From Fidelibacterota bacterium (GTDB taxonomy: Bacteria > Fidelibacterota > UBA2242), in assembly GCA_049975265.1 (NCBI GenBank), contig JBNGDF010000042.1:1-16872 (forward strand): a stretch of DNA of 16,872 nt. The letters run 5' to 3'. A program made the position numbers and the translations under genes. Numbering within the stretch: position 1 is the stretch's first letter; every line of letters begins with the position of its first letter. The notes beneath the pieces were generated by a model. The model searched no databases and was not told where the DNA came from. It saw nothing but the letters and a program-made list of their open reading frames with translations. Positions 1-7,736 of this stretch are shown here, in pieces.

Positions 1-3
1 AAT

Positions 4-41
4 CTCTGTGATCCTCTGTGTCTCCTCCGTGTGTCTCCGTG
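4..41 (+). repeat. Four CTCYGTG units; probable right arm of an inverted-repeat element that begins upstream of the window
   Basis: CTCTGTG at 4-10 and 14-20, CTCCGTG at 25-31 and 35-41; same core as the right arms at 13783-13800 and 16843-16872. Confidence 0.7.
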
Positions 42-145
42 TCATAAAATCTTTCAACTTGCCCCCCGCCTGAATGATGCCGATTCATCGGGAATCCCTC
101 AGAATGAAACGCGTTGGTAATCACAAGACCGATACTGTGTAAGGG

Positions 146-246
146 ACAAATCACAAGCACTAGGCACCAAATCCCAAACAAATCACAAGCACCAAGCACC
201 AAATCCCAAACAAATCACAAGCACCAGGCACCAAATCCCAAACAAA
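146..246 (+). repeat. Tandem repeat, 3 x 32 bp plus a partial copy, built from 7-nt subunits
   Basis: ACAAATCACAAGCACYARGCACCAAATCCCAA at 146-177, 178-209 and 210-241, then ACAAA; subunit pattern 7+7+7+7+4. Confidence 0.95.
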
Positions 247-253
247 CACTAAA

Positions 254-303
254 GTTTGGAATTTAGAATTTGTGTGTGATTTGAAATTTGTTATTTGGAA
301 TTT
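254..303 (-). repeat. 7-nt periodic array, imperfect inverted partner of 146-246
   Basis: Reverse complement reads AAATTCC-AAATAAC-AAATTTC-AAATCAC-ACAC-AAATTCT-AAATTCC-AAAC; 233-243 pairs with 254-264 at 10 of 11 positions. Confidence 0.8.
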
Positions 304-329
304 ACTAAAGAATTGTCTCCTGTTTCCTT

Positions 330-358
330 TTCACTTTTCCCAATATATTCCGTATATT
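330..358 (+). promoter_or_regulatory. Putative sigma70-type promoter for wecB
   Basis: TTCACT (330-335), 17 bp spacer, TATATT (353-358); motif match only. Confidence 0.35.
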
Positions 359-376
359 TTTCCCCATATTGTGAAA

Positions 377-394
377 CCTCTGTGTCTTAGTGGT
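377..394 (+). repeat. Orphan right arm of the CTCTGTG element family
   Basis: CCTCTGTGTCTTAGTGGT versus CCTCTGTGTCTCTGTGGC at 13783-13800; abuts the AAAAGG RBS of wecB. Confidence 0.65.
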
Positions 395-407
395 AAAAGG
401 ATTTATT

Positions 408-1505
408 ATGAAAATTGATCTGATTGTTGGTGCCCGTCCCAATTATATGAAAGCCGCGCCGGTCTACCGGGAACTGCTGAAATATCCCGATGAGTTCCAG
501 TGCCGCCTGGTGCATACTGGTCAGCATTACGATGAGAAAATGTCGGCAATATTCTTCCGGGAATTGGAACTGCCGGAGCCTGATATCTATCTGGGAGTCG
601 GTTCCGGATTGCACGGCGAGCAAACCGGTAAGATCATGATTGCCTATGAAAAAGCCGTTCTAGCTGACCGACCAGACCTGGTTCTGGTCGCCGGCGATGT
701 CAACTCCACCGTTGCCTGTTCGCTGGTAGCCGCAAAACTCCACATCAAGGTCGGTCATATCGAGGGCGGTCTGCGTTCCCTGGACTGGAGCATGCCCGAA
801 GAAATCAACCGGATCGTTACCGACAATATCGCCGATTACCTCTTTACCACCTGTCGCGACGCCGACGCCAATCTGCAGGCGGAGGGGATTGCCAGAGAGA
901 AAATTTTTTTCGTCGGCAATACCATGATCGATTCACTGCATTATTATATGCCCAAAATTGATGGTCGTACGATTCATGCTCAACTCGCCGTGGTGCCCGG
1001 CAATTATATCCTGATCACCCTGCATCGTCCATCCAATGTGGACCAGGATGAGATTTTCAGAGGACTTTTTAATGCTCTGGAGAAAATTCAGGAGCGGCTG
1101 CCGGTCGTCTTTCCCATGCATCCCCGCACCCGTAAGATGCTCAAAGAGTTCGGCATGGGGCGCTACCTGCAGTTGCCCAATCTGAAAATCACCGAGCCGC
1201 TAGGCTATCACGATTTTATGAAACTCCAGAAGCACGCCCGCCTGGTTCTCACCGACAGCGGTGGTCTGCAGGAGGAGACGACGGTGCTGGGAGTGCCCTG
1301 CCTGACGCTGCGCAAGAATACCGAACGACCCATCACGATCTGGGAAGGCACTAATGAATTGGTAGGACCCAATCCCGATATTATTTTAAGCCGGACAATG
1401 GCAATACTCGACGGCGCCGTGAAAAAAGGTCGCATTCCCGAGTACTGGGACGGTCACGCCGCCCGGCGTCTGGTCGCGGTTCTGCGGCAGGTAAATTCTC
1501 ATTGA
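408..1505 (+). CDS. wecB: UDP-N-acetylglucosamine 2-epimerase (non-hydrolysing)
   Basis: Motifs VGARPNYMK, VHTGQHYD, GHIEGGLRS, MPEEINR, TLHRPSNVD, TDSGGLQEE, NTERP. ATG 408 follows an AAAAGG RBS and is preferred over GTG 390. Confidence 0.95.
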   Translation: MKIDLIVGARPNYMKAAPVYRELLKYPDEFQCRLVHTGQHYDEKMSAIFFRELELPEPDIYLGVGSGLHGEQTGKIMIAYEKAVLADRPDLVLVAGDVNSTVACSLVAAKLHIKVGHIEGGLRSLDWSMPEEINRIVTDNIADYLFTTCRDADANLQAEGIAREKIFFVGNTMIDSLHYYMPKIDGRTIHAQLAVVPGNYILITLHRPSNVDQDEIFRGLFNALEKIQERLPVVFPMHPRTRKMLKEFGMGRYLQLPNLKITEPLGYHDFMKLQKHARLVLTDSGGLQEETTVLGVPCLTLRKNTERPITIWEGTNELVGPNPDIILSRTMAILDGAVKKGRIPEYWDGHAARRLVAVLRQVNSH

Positions 1506-1564
1506 TTGAGGATTGCGTATGACGCTCCGGCGCTGTCCTCTGGCAGATTGTCTGAATAAATCTA

Positions 1565-1594
1565 TTGACACATAAGCCGCGCCGTAACTATCTT
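1565..1594 (+). promoter_or_regulatory. Putative sigma70-type promoter
   Basis: TTGACA (1565-1570), 18 bp spacer, TATCTT (1589-1594), 8 nt before ATG 1603. Confidence 0.55.
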
Positions 1595-1602
1595 TATCCA
1601 TT

Positions 1603-2109
1603 ATGAAAAATGCCCTTCCCATCATATTTTTAATAACCGCGATAATGGTTTCCTGTGAAGAGGGTCTGGACCCCGTCACCGGAATCGAGGGGGTAGTGCA
1701 TTTTCCGGTGGATTCTCTGACAGAGACGGTGAATTTTCCCGATTCGCTCGAAGGCGCCGTAGTGGTGGTCGCCGATTTCAGTCCCACTTATACGGCGGTG
1801 GATTCCTTCTTTGCCCATATTGTCGCCTATAGCGCAGCGCTGGATACAACCCTGGCTGAGGCGCCCTATTATGTGCAGCTGGCGCCGGGCTTCTATTTTG
1901 TAGGCGTCGTAGGTTTGACAAGACCGCTGACAGAGATTCTGTTCATGCCGCTGGACAGTCTGAGTGCGCATCCCGAATATTTCAAACCGATTGGTCTCTA
2001 TCATCTGCCGGAAAGTACGCTGGGCATCTCCTCGATCCGGGTGGGAGAAGGGGAGTGGCTGACGGAGATTGATATTGATGTGGACTATGAGTTGGAATTA
2101 CCTTTTTAA
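1603..2109 (+). CDS. Hypothetical lipoprotein
   Basis: MKN + hydrophobic stretch + lipobox-like MVS|C (Cys18); acidic, probably beta-rich mature region; directly upstream of a TonB-dependent receptor. Confidence 0.8.
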   Translation: MKNALPIIFLITAIMVSCEEGLDPVTGIEGVVHFPVDSLTETVNFPDSLEGAVVVVADFSPTYTAVDSFFAHIVAYSAALDTTLAEAPYYVQLAPGFYFVGVVGLTRPLTEILFMPLDSLSAHPEYFKPIGLYHLPESTLGISSIRVGEGEWLTEIDIDVDYELELPF

Positions 2110-2205
2110 AGGTGAAAGTTCAAAGCTCAAAGTTCAAAGTTTAAAGTTTAAAGTTTAAAGTTCGAAGGGCAGGGGGCAAAGGTTAACGTTCAAAGGGTAA
2201 AAGGT
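2108..2205 (+). repeat. Degenerate heptamer tandem array, 14 units, consensus AAAGTTY
   Basis: AAAGGTG AAAGTTC AAAGCTC AAAGTTC AAAGTTT AAAGTTT AAAGTTT AAAGTTC GAAGGGC AGGGGGC AAAGGTT AACGTTC AAAGGGT AAAAGGT in unbroken 7-nt register. Confidence 0.9.
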
Positions 2206-2303
2206 CAGGGTTGATGGTGAAAAGGGGAATTCTCATCTCTGAAATGGCGGGGCGCCGGCGGGTTTTTTATTTCCGATCGTTGCTCTTCAGCTATATCAGA
2301 TAT

Positions 2304-4454
2304 ATGTTTCCGCTGCTGATTGTGTCGCTGATGCTTGCGCAGGCGCAGGCGGCAAGTGGTCAGATCGCCGGCGTGGTCTATTCGAAAGAGAGTGGCGAAC
2401 CACTGCCCGGTACCAATATTCTGGTAAAAGGCACGCTGCTGGGTGCCGCGGCGGACCTGGCTGGAGAGTTTCGCATTGATGCCTTGCCGCCGGGTACCTA
2501 CACGTTGCAGATTTTGAATATCGGCTACCAGTCGCAGGAGCTCTCTGTTGACGTTGCCACAGACAGCGTAACGCAGCTGATCATCGAGCTGGAGCCCAAG
2601 GCGATTCGTTCACCGGAGATCGTTGTGACCGGTGCCCGGCGTGCCATGCGCAAGATCGATTCGCCGGTGACCATTGCGACAATCAGCGCTGAGGATATGA
2701 GCTACCGCAATGCCGCAACGGTGCAGGATATTCTGCCCTACGAGTCGGGTGTGCAGCTGCTTGGCGGTCAGATCAGCATGCGGGGCAGCAGCGGATATGC
2801 CCGGGGTGCCGGCAGCCGGGTAATCGTCCTGGTGGACGGCTTTCCGGCAATGTCTTTTGATAACGGCACAATCTACTGGGATGCCGTGCCGGTCCAAAAT
2901 ATCGACCGCATTGAAATTCTGAAAGGACCCGGATCGGCGCTGTACGGCTCCAACGCCATGGGTGGCGTCATTAACATTATTACGAAAACTATGGCACCCG
3001 GTGTCCATACCGATGTCAGTTTTGGGGGCGGTATATACAGTAAACCCAATCGCGAGTCGCTGATCTGGAACGATCGTCCAATGTTGCTGGAGGAGTGGCG
3101 GGTCAGTCATACGCGGCATTTTGGAGCCCTTGCCGCAAAAGCCGCCATTGCCCGATTCCGCTCCGAGAGCTATTACGAAAACGGCTGGATTGACCGCTGG
3201 ATTTTCACTGGTGAGCTGGATTATACCTGGCAGCAGAATCGCCTGCTCCGCTCGCGGCTCTATCTGGTTCTCGATGATCATGGCTCTTTTACCGAATGGA
3301 AAAGCCCCTATCAGCCCTTTCATACGCCTCTCAACACAGAAGACGACCATATCGAAACCCATAAAATGCAATGGTCCACCCTCTATTCCCATGTGGTCTC
3401 TCCGTCGCAATCCCGCCTGCTACGCCTGAATCTCTTCAAAACCCGCTTTGATAACTACCTGCATAACAATACCGGCTATTCCGATTCACGGACACTGAAT
3501 CCGGAGTTTCAGATAAATTTGCGACCGGGCGGGCGTCATTATATCAGCAGCGGGGTGGATTTTAAATATCATCAGGTATCCGCCGATCTCTGGGGCAATC
3601 ACCGAGGACTGGAAGCCGCCGCCTATTTCCAGGATGAAGTTCCGCTGTTGAGCTTTTTGACTGTCAGCTTCGGCGCCCGCTGGGATGTCAACCGGGTGGA
3701 TGATCAACCCTTTAACAGGCAGGTCAATCCAAAACTTGGTCTGACGCTGGATATCAGCAAACAGCTGGTACTGCGCGCTTCCCATGGTTGGGCATACCGG
3801 GCACCGGCGATGGCGGAGATGTTTATCAACACGCAGCAGTACATTTTTCAGGTCAAACCCAATCCGGACCTGCAGCCCGAGACCAACCGCGCCAGCGAAG
3901 TCGGTCTCTACCGGCAGGGTCGCCGGTTCAATCTGGACCTGGCGGTTTTCTCCAGCGATTACCACGATCTGATTGAGCCGATTATGGACCGGCGGGACCA
4001 GCGGATTCAGTTTCGCAATGTCACCGAAGCCCGCATTCAGGGTGGCGAAGCGACCCTTGATTGGGTATGGCAACGCTTACCGCTCACCGGGAAAATCAGC
4101 TATACCTATCTCGATCCCCGGGACCTGAGTGCCGACGATATTCTGGCGTATCGCCATCGCCATACTCTGGTGGTTTCCGGGCAGCTGATCCTTTCGAAAA
4201 ATTTCACCGCCGGAGCAGACTACCGCTATCTGAGCCGCATGGAGCGGGTGCAGCTGTACGATGAGAATCCCGATACCGGCGCCGATCAACGGGTGCCGGT
4301 CAAACTGGTCAGCGGCTTTTGTCAGTTCAGTATGGATAATGTCCTGCGGATCAGTCTGAGTGTGGAAAATCTCCTGCAGTACTACTATGTGGTGGTGGAG
4401 CGCAATATGGGTCCGGTACGACTGATCAAGCTCAGGATTGATTATACATTTTAA
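2304..4454 (+). CDS. TonB-dependent outer membrane receptor with N-terminal carboxypeptidase-regulatory-like domain
   Basis: Signal peptide MFPLLIVSLMLAQAQA; GEPLPGTNILVKGT; EIVVTG; plug motif IDRIEILKGPGSALYGSNAMGGVINIIT; NPDLQPE; C-terminal YTF. Start uncertain (2244 and 2211 are also in frame). Confidence 0.93.
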   Translation: MFPLLIVSLMLAQAQAASGQIAGVVYSKESGEPLPGTNILVKGTLLGAAADLAGEFRIDALPPGTYTLQILNIGYQSQELSVDVATDSVTQLIIELEPKAIRSPEIVVTGARRAMRKIDSPVTIATISAEDMSYRNAATVQDILPYESGVQLLGGQISMRGSSGYARGAGSRVIVLVDGFPAMSFDNGTIYWDAVPVQNIDRIEILKGPGSALYGSNAMGGVINIITKTMAPGVHTDVSFGGGIYSKPNRESLIWNDRPMLLEEWRVSHTRHFGALAAKAAIARFRSESYYENGWIDRWIFTGELDYTWQQNRLLRSRLYLVLDDHGSFTEWKSPYQPFHTPLNTEDDHIETHKMQWSTLYSHVVSPSQSRLLRLNLFKTRFDNYLHNNTGYSDSRTLNPEFQINLRPGGRHYISSGVDFKYHQVSADLWGNHRGLEAAAYFQDEVPLLSFLTVSFGARWDVNRVDDQPFNRQVNPKLGLTLDISKQLVLRASHGWAYRAPAMAEMFINTQQYIFQVKPNPDLQPETNRASEVGLYRQGRRFNLDLAVFSSDYHDLIEPIMDRRDQRIQFRNVTEARIQGGEATLDWVWQRLPLTGKISYTYLDPRDLSADDILAYRHRHTLVVSGQLILSKNFTAGADYRYLSRMERVQLYDENPDTGADQRVPVKLVSGFCQFSMDNVLRISLSVENLLQYYYVVVERNMGPVRLIKLRIDYTF

Positions 4455-4494
4455 GGAAGATAAGTAGTTTGGATAAGTCTGAAGACGAGGACAT

Positions 4495-5193
4495 ATGCCG
4501 AAACTCCTGATTTTGATTGACATTGACGGGACTTTGCTCTATCCCGGAATGGCGCCCCGTTATGCACTGGCGGCGGCAATTGAGGAATTTGTGGGCAAAA
4601 CACTGCGCTTTGAGGTTGACCATCTCGCCGGAATGACCGATCCGCTGATTGTGGCGGATGCCCTGCGGCGCTTAAATATCCCGGCTGAAAAACGGGACGG
4701 TTTGCCGGAGAAGATTCTGGACCGTTATCTGGTTCTTTTACAGCGGCGTTATCCCGACGCCGAAGATCATCACCTCTATCCCGGCACGCTGACCTTGCTG
4801 AATTATCTGCAATCCCAGGCGGTTCGGCTCGGTCTGATCAGCGGCAATCTGGAGCAGGGCGCCCGAATAAAGCTGGCGCCCTTTAACCTGATGCGCTATT
4901 TCAGTCTGGGGGTGTTCAGTAATGATCACGCCCGGCGTGACCGGCTTCCGACCATTGCGCTGGAAAAGTGCCGGCGTCAATTCAAAGAGGATTATCCGCC
5001 GCAGCGTGTCATCATCATCGGTGACACGATTCGGGATGTCCGGTGCGCCCACCGTAACGCCATGCGGGCGATTGCCGTGGTGCGCCATGCCGAGAGGCGG
5101 GCGGGCATCGAAGCGGAAAAACCCGATCTGATTGTCGAGAATTTCGAAGATATTACGCCGATTCGAAAGTATATTGAATCGTTCTTGATGTAA
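4495..5193 (+). CDS. HAD-superfamily hydrolase (phosphoglycolate phosphatase-like)
   Basis: Motif I DIDGTL, ISGN, motif IV IGDTIRD; GAGGA RBS. Confidence 0.9.
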   Translation: MPKLLILIDIDGTLLYPGMAPRYALAAAIEEFVGKTLRFEVDHLAGMTDPLIVADALRRLNIPAEKRDGLPEKILDRYLVLLQRRYPDAEDHHLYPGTLTLLNYLQSQAVRLGLISGNLEQGARIKLAPFNLMRYFSLGVFSNDHARRDRLPTIALEKCRRQFKEDYPPQRVIIIGDTIRDVRCAHRNAMRAIAVVRHAERRAGIEAEKPDLIVENFEDITPIRKYIESFLM

Positions 5194-5274
5194 GCGCTGC
5201 GGGAATTCGGAGAAGCCGGGTTCCGCTTTCCCGTTGGAATTTTTAATTTCACCGTAAAACCGCTATCTTTTAGC

Positions 5275-5724
5275 ATGTTATCGAAAAAGACCAAATATGC
5301 CATTATTGCCTTGGTGCGTCTGGCAAGAGAGTATCGCAAGGAACCGCTCCAGATTGCCACGCTGGCGGAGGAGGAGAAAATTCCCAAAAAATTTCTGGAA
5401 GCGATTTTGCGGGACCTGAAAAATGCCGGCATTCTGAACAGTGTCAAGGGGCGCTACGGCGGCTACTATCTGAGCCAGGACCCTGAAGAGGTCAATCTGG
5501 CAACCATCATTCGCCTGTTTAATGGACCGATCGCCTTTATTCCCTGCGTCACCTATCTCTATTACGAGTCCTGTGATGTGGACAAAGAGGAGGAATTCTG
5601 CGGGATCCGCACCTTTTTCAAAGAGGTACGCGATGCGGCGGTGGAGATTTTCAAACAGGCGACTCTGGCGGAGATTATCCGACGTGAAGATGCCTTAAGA
5701 ACTTCGGGAAAAGCCGCAGATTAA
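5275..5724 (+). CDS. Rrf2-family transcriptional regulator
   Basis: MLSKKTKYAIIAL, IPKKFLEAIL, SVKGRYGGYYL winged HTH; three Cys in C-x8-C-x8-C. Confidence 0.93.
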   Translation: MLSKKTKYAIIALVRLAREYRKEPLQIATLAEEEKIPKKFLEAILRDLKNAGILNSVKGRYGGYYLSQDPEEVNLATIIRLFNGPIAFIPCVTYLYYESCDVDKEEEFCGIRTFFKEVRDAAVEIFKQATLAEIIRREDALRTSGKAAD

Positions 5725-5734
5725 AATTTTTTTC

Positions 5735-5762
5735 TTGCAAATGTCTACTATGTAGGTAGATT
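5735..5762 (+). promoter_or_regulatory. Putative pst promoter with overlapping dyad operator
   Basis: TTGCAA (5735-5740), 16 bp spacer, TAGATT (5757-5762); dyad TCTAC-N7-GTAGA (5744-5760) covers the spacer. Confidence 0.5.
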
Positions 5763-5852
5763 ATATAGGTAATGACGCAAATCCAATGCCTTTTTGACTG
5801 ATTGGTGATGTGTAGACATGGGGATGCGATCACGCTGAGAGGAGGGAACGGC

Positions 5853-6842
5853 ATGCATTTTTCAACAAGATGTTTCAAAGCGACTCGGTTGAACATCATG
5901 ATCCTTACAGTCGCTTTCACCGCTGTGATCGGCTGTCGGAAGCCGGATGCAGAAAAAGTAACGGATAGTAATAAATTATGTGGGATCATTACGATTTCCG
6001 GCGCCTTTGCACTCTACCCCATGACCGTTCAATGGGCAGAGGAATTTCGGAAAATTCATCCCGATGTCCGGATTGATATCTCTGCCGGTGGTGCCGGCAA
6101 AGGCATGGCAGATGCGCTTTCGGGAACCGTGGACCTGGGGATGTTTTCCCGGGAGATCATGTCAACCGAAAAAGCGCGCGGCGTCTGGTGGATTGCTGTT
6201 ACCAAAGATGCCGTGTTACCGACGATCAGCGCCAGGAATCCGGTCGTGGCGGAGCTGAAAAAACGGGGTGTTACGCAAGACCGGTTCAGGGCGATTTTTA
6301 TGGATGAAATGATCCGGGATTGGGGGCATTTGGTCGGCGCCGCAGCGGGAGCCCCGATCCATCTCTATACCCGTAGCGATGCCTGCGGTGCCGCCGGAAC
6401 CTGGGCGCAATATCTGGGCGGTGTTCAGGAGGATTTGAAAGGTATCGGTGTGTATGCCGATCCGGGGCTGGCAGATGCCGTCAGGAAGGACCCGCTGGGA
6501 ATCGGTTATAACAATATGATCTATATTTACAGTGCCGAGACAAATCAAAAGTACCCGGGACTCGAAGTCATCCCTATAGATATCAATGCCAACGGGCGGA
6601 TTGATCCGGAAGAGGATTTTTACGGTTCCATGACCGGAATAATGGCCGCCATTGCCGCCGGGCAGTATCCGTCACCCCCGGCGCGGGAACTCTATTTCGT
6701 TGCTCGGGGAAAACCGGAATCACCCGTCGTAGCTGAATTTTTAAAATGGATTCTCACCGAGGGTCAGCAGTATGTGTCCAAAGCCGGATATGTGCCTCTG
6801 TCCCGGGATGTTATTTCCAAACAGCTGGAAAAATTGAGATAG
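5853..6842 (+). CDS. pstS: Phosphate ABC transporter substrate-binding lipoprotein
   Basis: ITISGAFALYP, GGAGKGM, DLGMFSRE; lipobox VIG|C; GGAGGG RBS before ATG 5853; context with pstCAB. Confidence 0.88.
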   Translation: MHFSTRCFKATRLNIMILTVAFTAVIGCRKPDAEKVTDSNKLCGIITISGAFALYPMTVQWAEEFRKIHPDVRIDISAGGAGKGMADALSGTVDLGMFSREIMSTEKARGVWWIAVTKDAVLPTISARNPVVAELKKRGVTQDRFRAIFMDEMIRDWGHLVGAAAGAPIHLYTRSDACGAAGTWAQYLGGVQEDLKGIGVYADPGLADAVRKDPLGIGYNNMIYIYSAETNQKYPGLEVIPIDINANGRIDPEEDFYGSMTGIMAAIAAGQYPSPPARELYFVARGKPESPVVAEFLKWILTEGQQYVSKAGYVPLSRDVISKQLEKLR

Positions 6843-6851
6843 AAACAGACC

Positions 6852-7736
6852 ATGCTGCACCGCAACACAATCGACAGATTGAGTTCCGGCTGGATGCTGG
6901 TGTGTCTTTTTTTTGTGTTGTTGATTCCGCTGGTGATCGGTTTGGGGCTGGTGCTGAAATCCCTGCCGATTCTGAAAACGGTCCCGCTGGGAGAACTATT
7001 GGGGGCTTCCGACTGGAGACCAATGAGCGGTTATTTCGGCTTCAAGCCTTTTATCATCAGTTCTGTTTACGTGACGTTGATATCCTTCATCATCGCCGGA
7101 CCGGTCTGTCTGCTGGCGGCGATTTATCTGACGCAATATGCGCCGCGGCGCCTGCTTAACCTGATGCAGCCGGCGATCGATATACTTTCCGGTATTCCAT
7201 CGGTGGTCTATGGCGTCTGGGGTATTTTGGTCATTGTACCTTTTGCGCTGAAGTTGGGCTCTTTCCGGAACGTTCCAACCAGCGGCTATTGCCTTCTCTC
7301 CGGGGGAATCGTCCTGGCGGTCATGTCGATTCCCTTTATCCTGAATATTCTGATTGAGGTCTTTCAGACGATTCCGGTGCAACTGAAAGAGGCGTCTCTG
7401 GCGGTCGGTGCCAGCTACTGGGAAACCATCAGGTTGGTTCTCCTGCGGGCGGGCTTTTCCGGGATTATGGCGGCGTTCGGTCTGGGAATTTCCAAAGCGC
7501 TGGGTGAAACGATTGCGGTTCTGATGGTGGTGGGCAACGTGGTCCAGATACCCCAATCGCTGTTTGAAGCAGGGTATCCCCTGCCGGCATTGATCGCCAA
7601 CAATTACGGGGAAATGCTGTCGATTCCCATGTACGATTCCGCTCTGATGTTCGGAGCGCTGATTCTGTTTGTCATTATTGTCCTGTTCAATATTTTCGCC
7701 CGAATGGTAATTAATCATGGAGAAAACCGGTGTTAA
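6852..7736 (+). CDS. pstC: Phosphate ABC transporter permease PstC
   Basis: LSGIPSVVYGVWG, EASLAVGAS, ALGETIAVLMVVGN; multiple transmembrane segments. Confidence 0.93.
   Translation: MLHRNTIDRLSSGWMLVCLFFVLLIPLVIGLGLVLKSLPILKTVPLGELLGASDWRPMSGYFGFKPFIISSVYVTLISFIIAGPVCLLAAIYLTQYAPRRLLNLMQPAIDILSGIPSVVYGVWGILVIVPFALKLGSFRNVPTSGYCLLSGGIVLAVMSIPFILNILIEVFQTIPVQLKEASLAVGASYWETIRLVLLRAGFSGIMAAFGLGISKALGETIAVLMVVGNVVQIPQSLFEAGYPLPALIANNYGEMLSIPMYDSALMFGALILFVIIVLFNIFARMVINHGENRC

Noticed and set aside
146..246. CRISPR array (32-bp repeats)
   Set aside because: The repeats are directly adjacent with no unique spacers, are low-complexity, and no cas genes are in the window.
2110..2303. Cobalamin or other riboswitch upstream of the TonB-dependent receptor
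   Set aside because: The region is mostly the heptamer array; I could not identify conserved riboswitch elements by eye. An Rfam scan would settle it.
5198..5232. Intrinsic terminator after the HAD gene
   Set aside because: A hairpin is possible but needs a bulge and several G-U pairs, and only three T residues follow.
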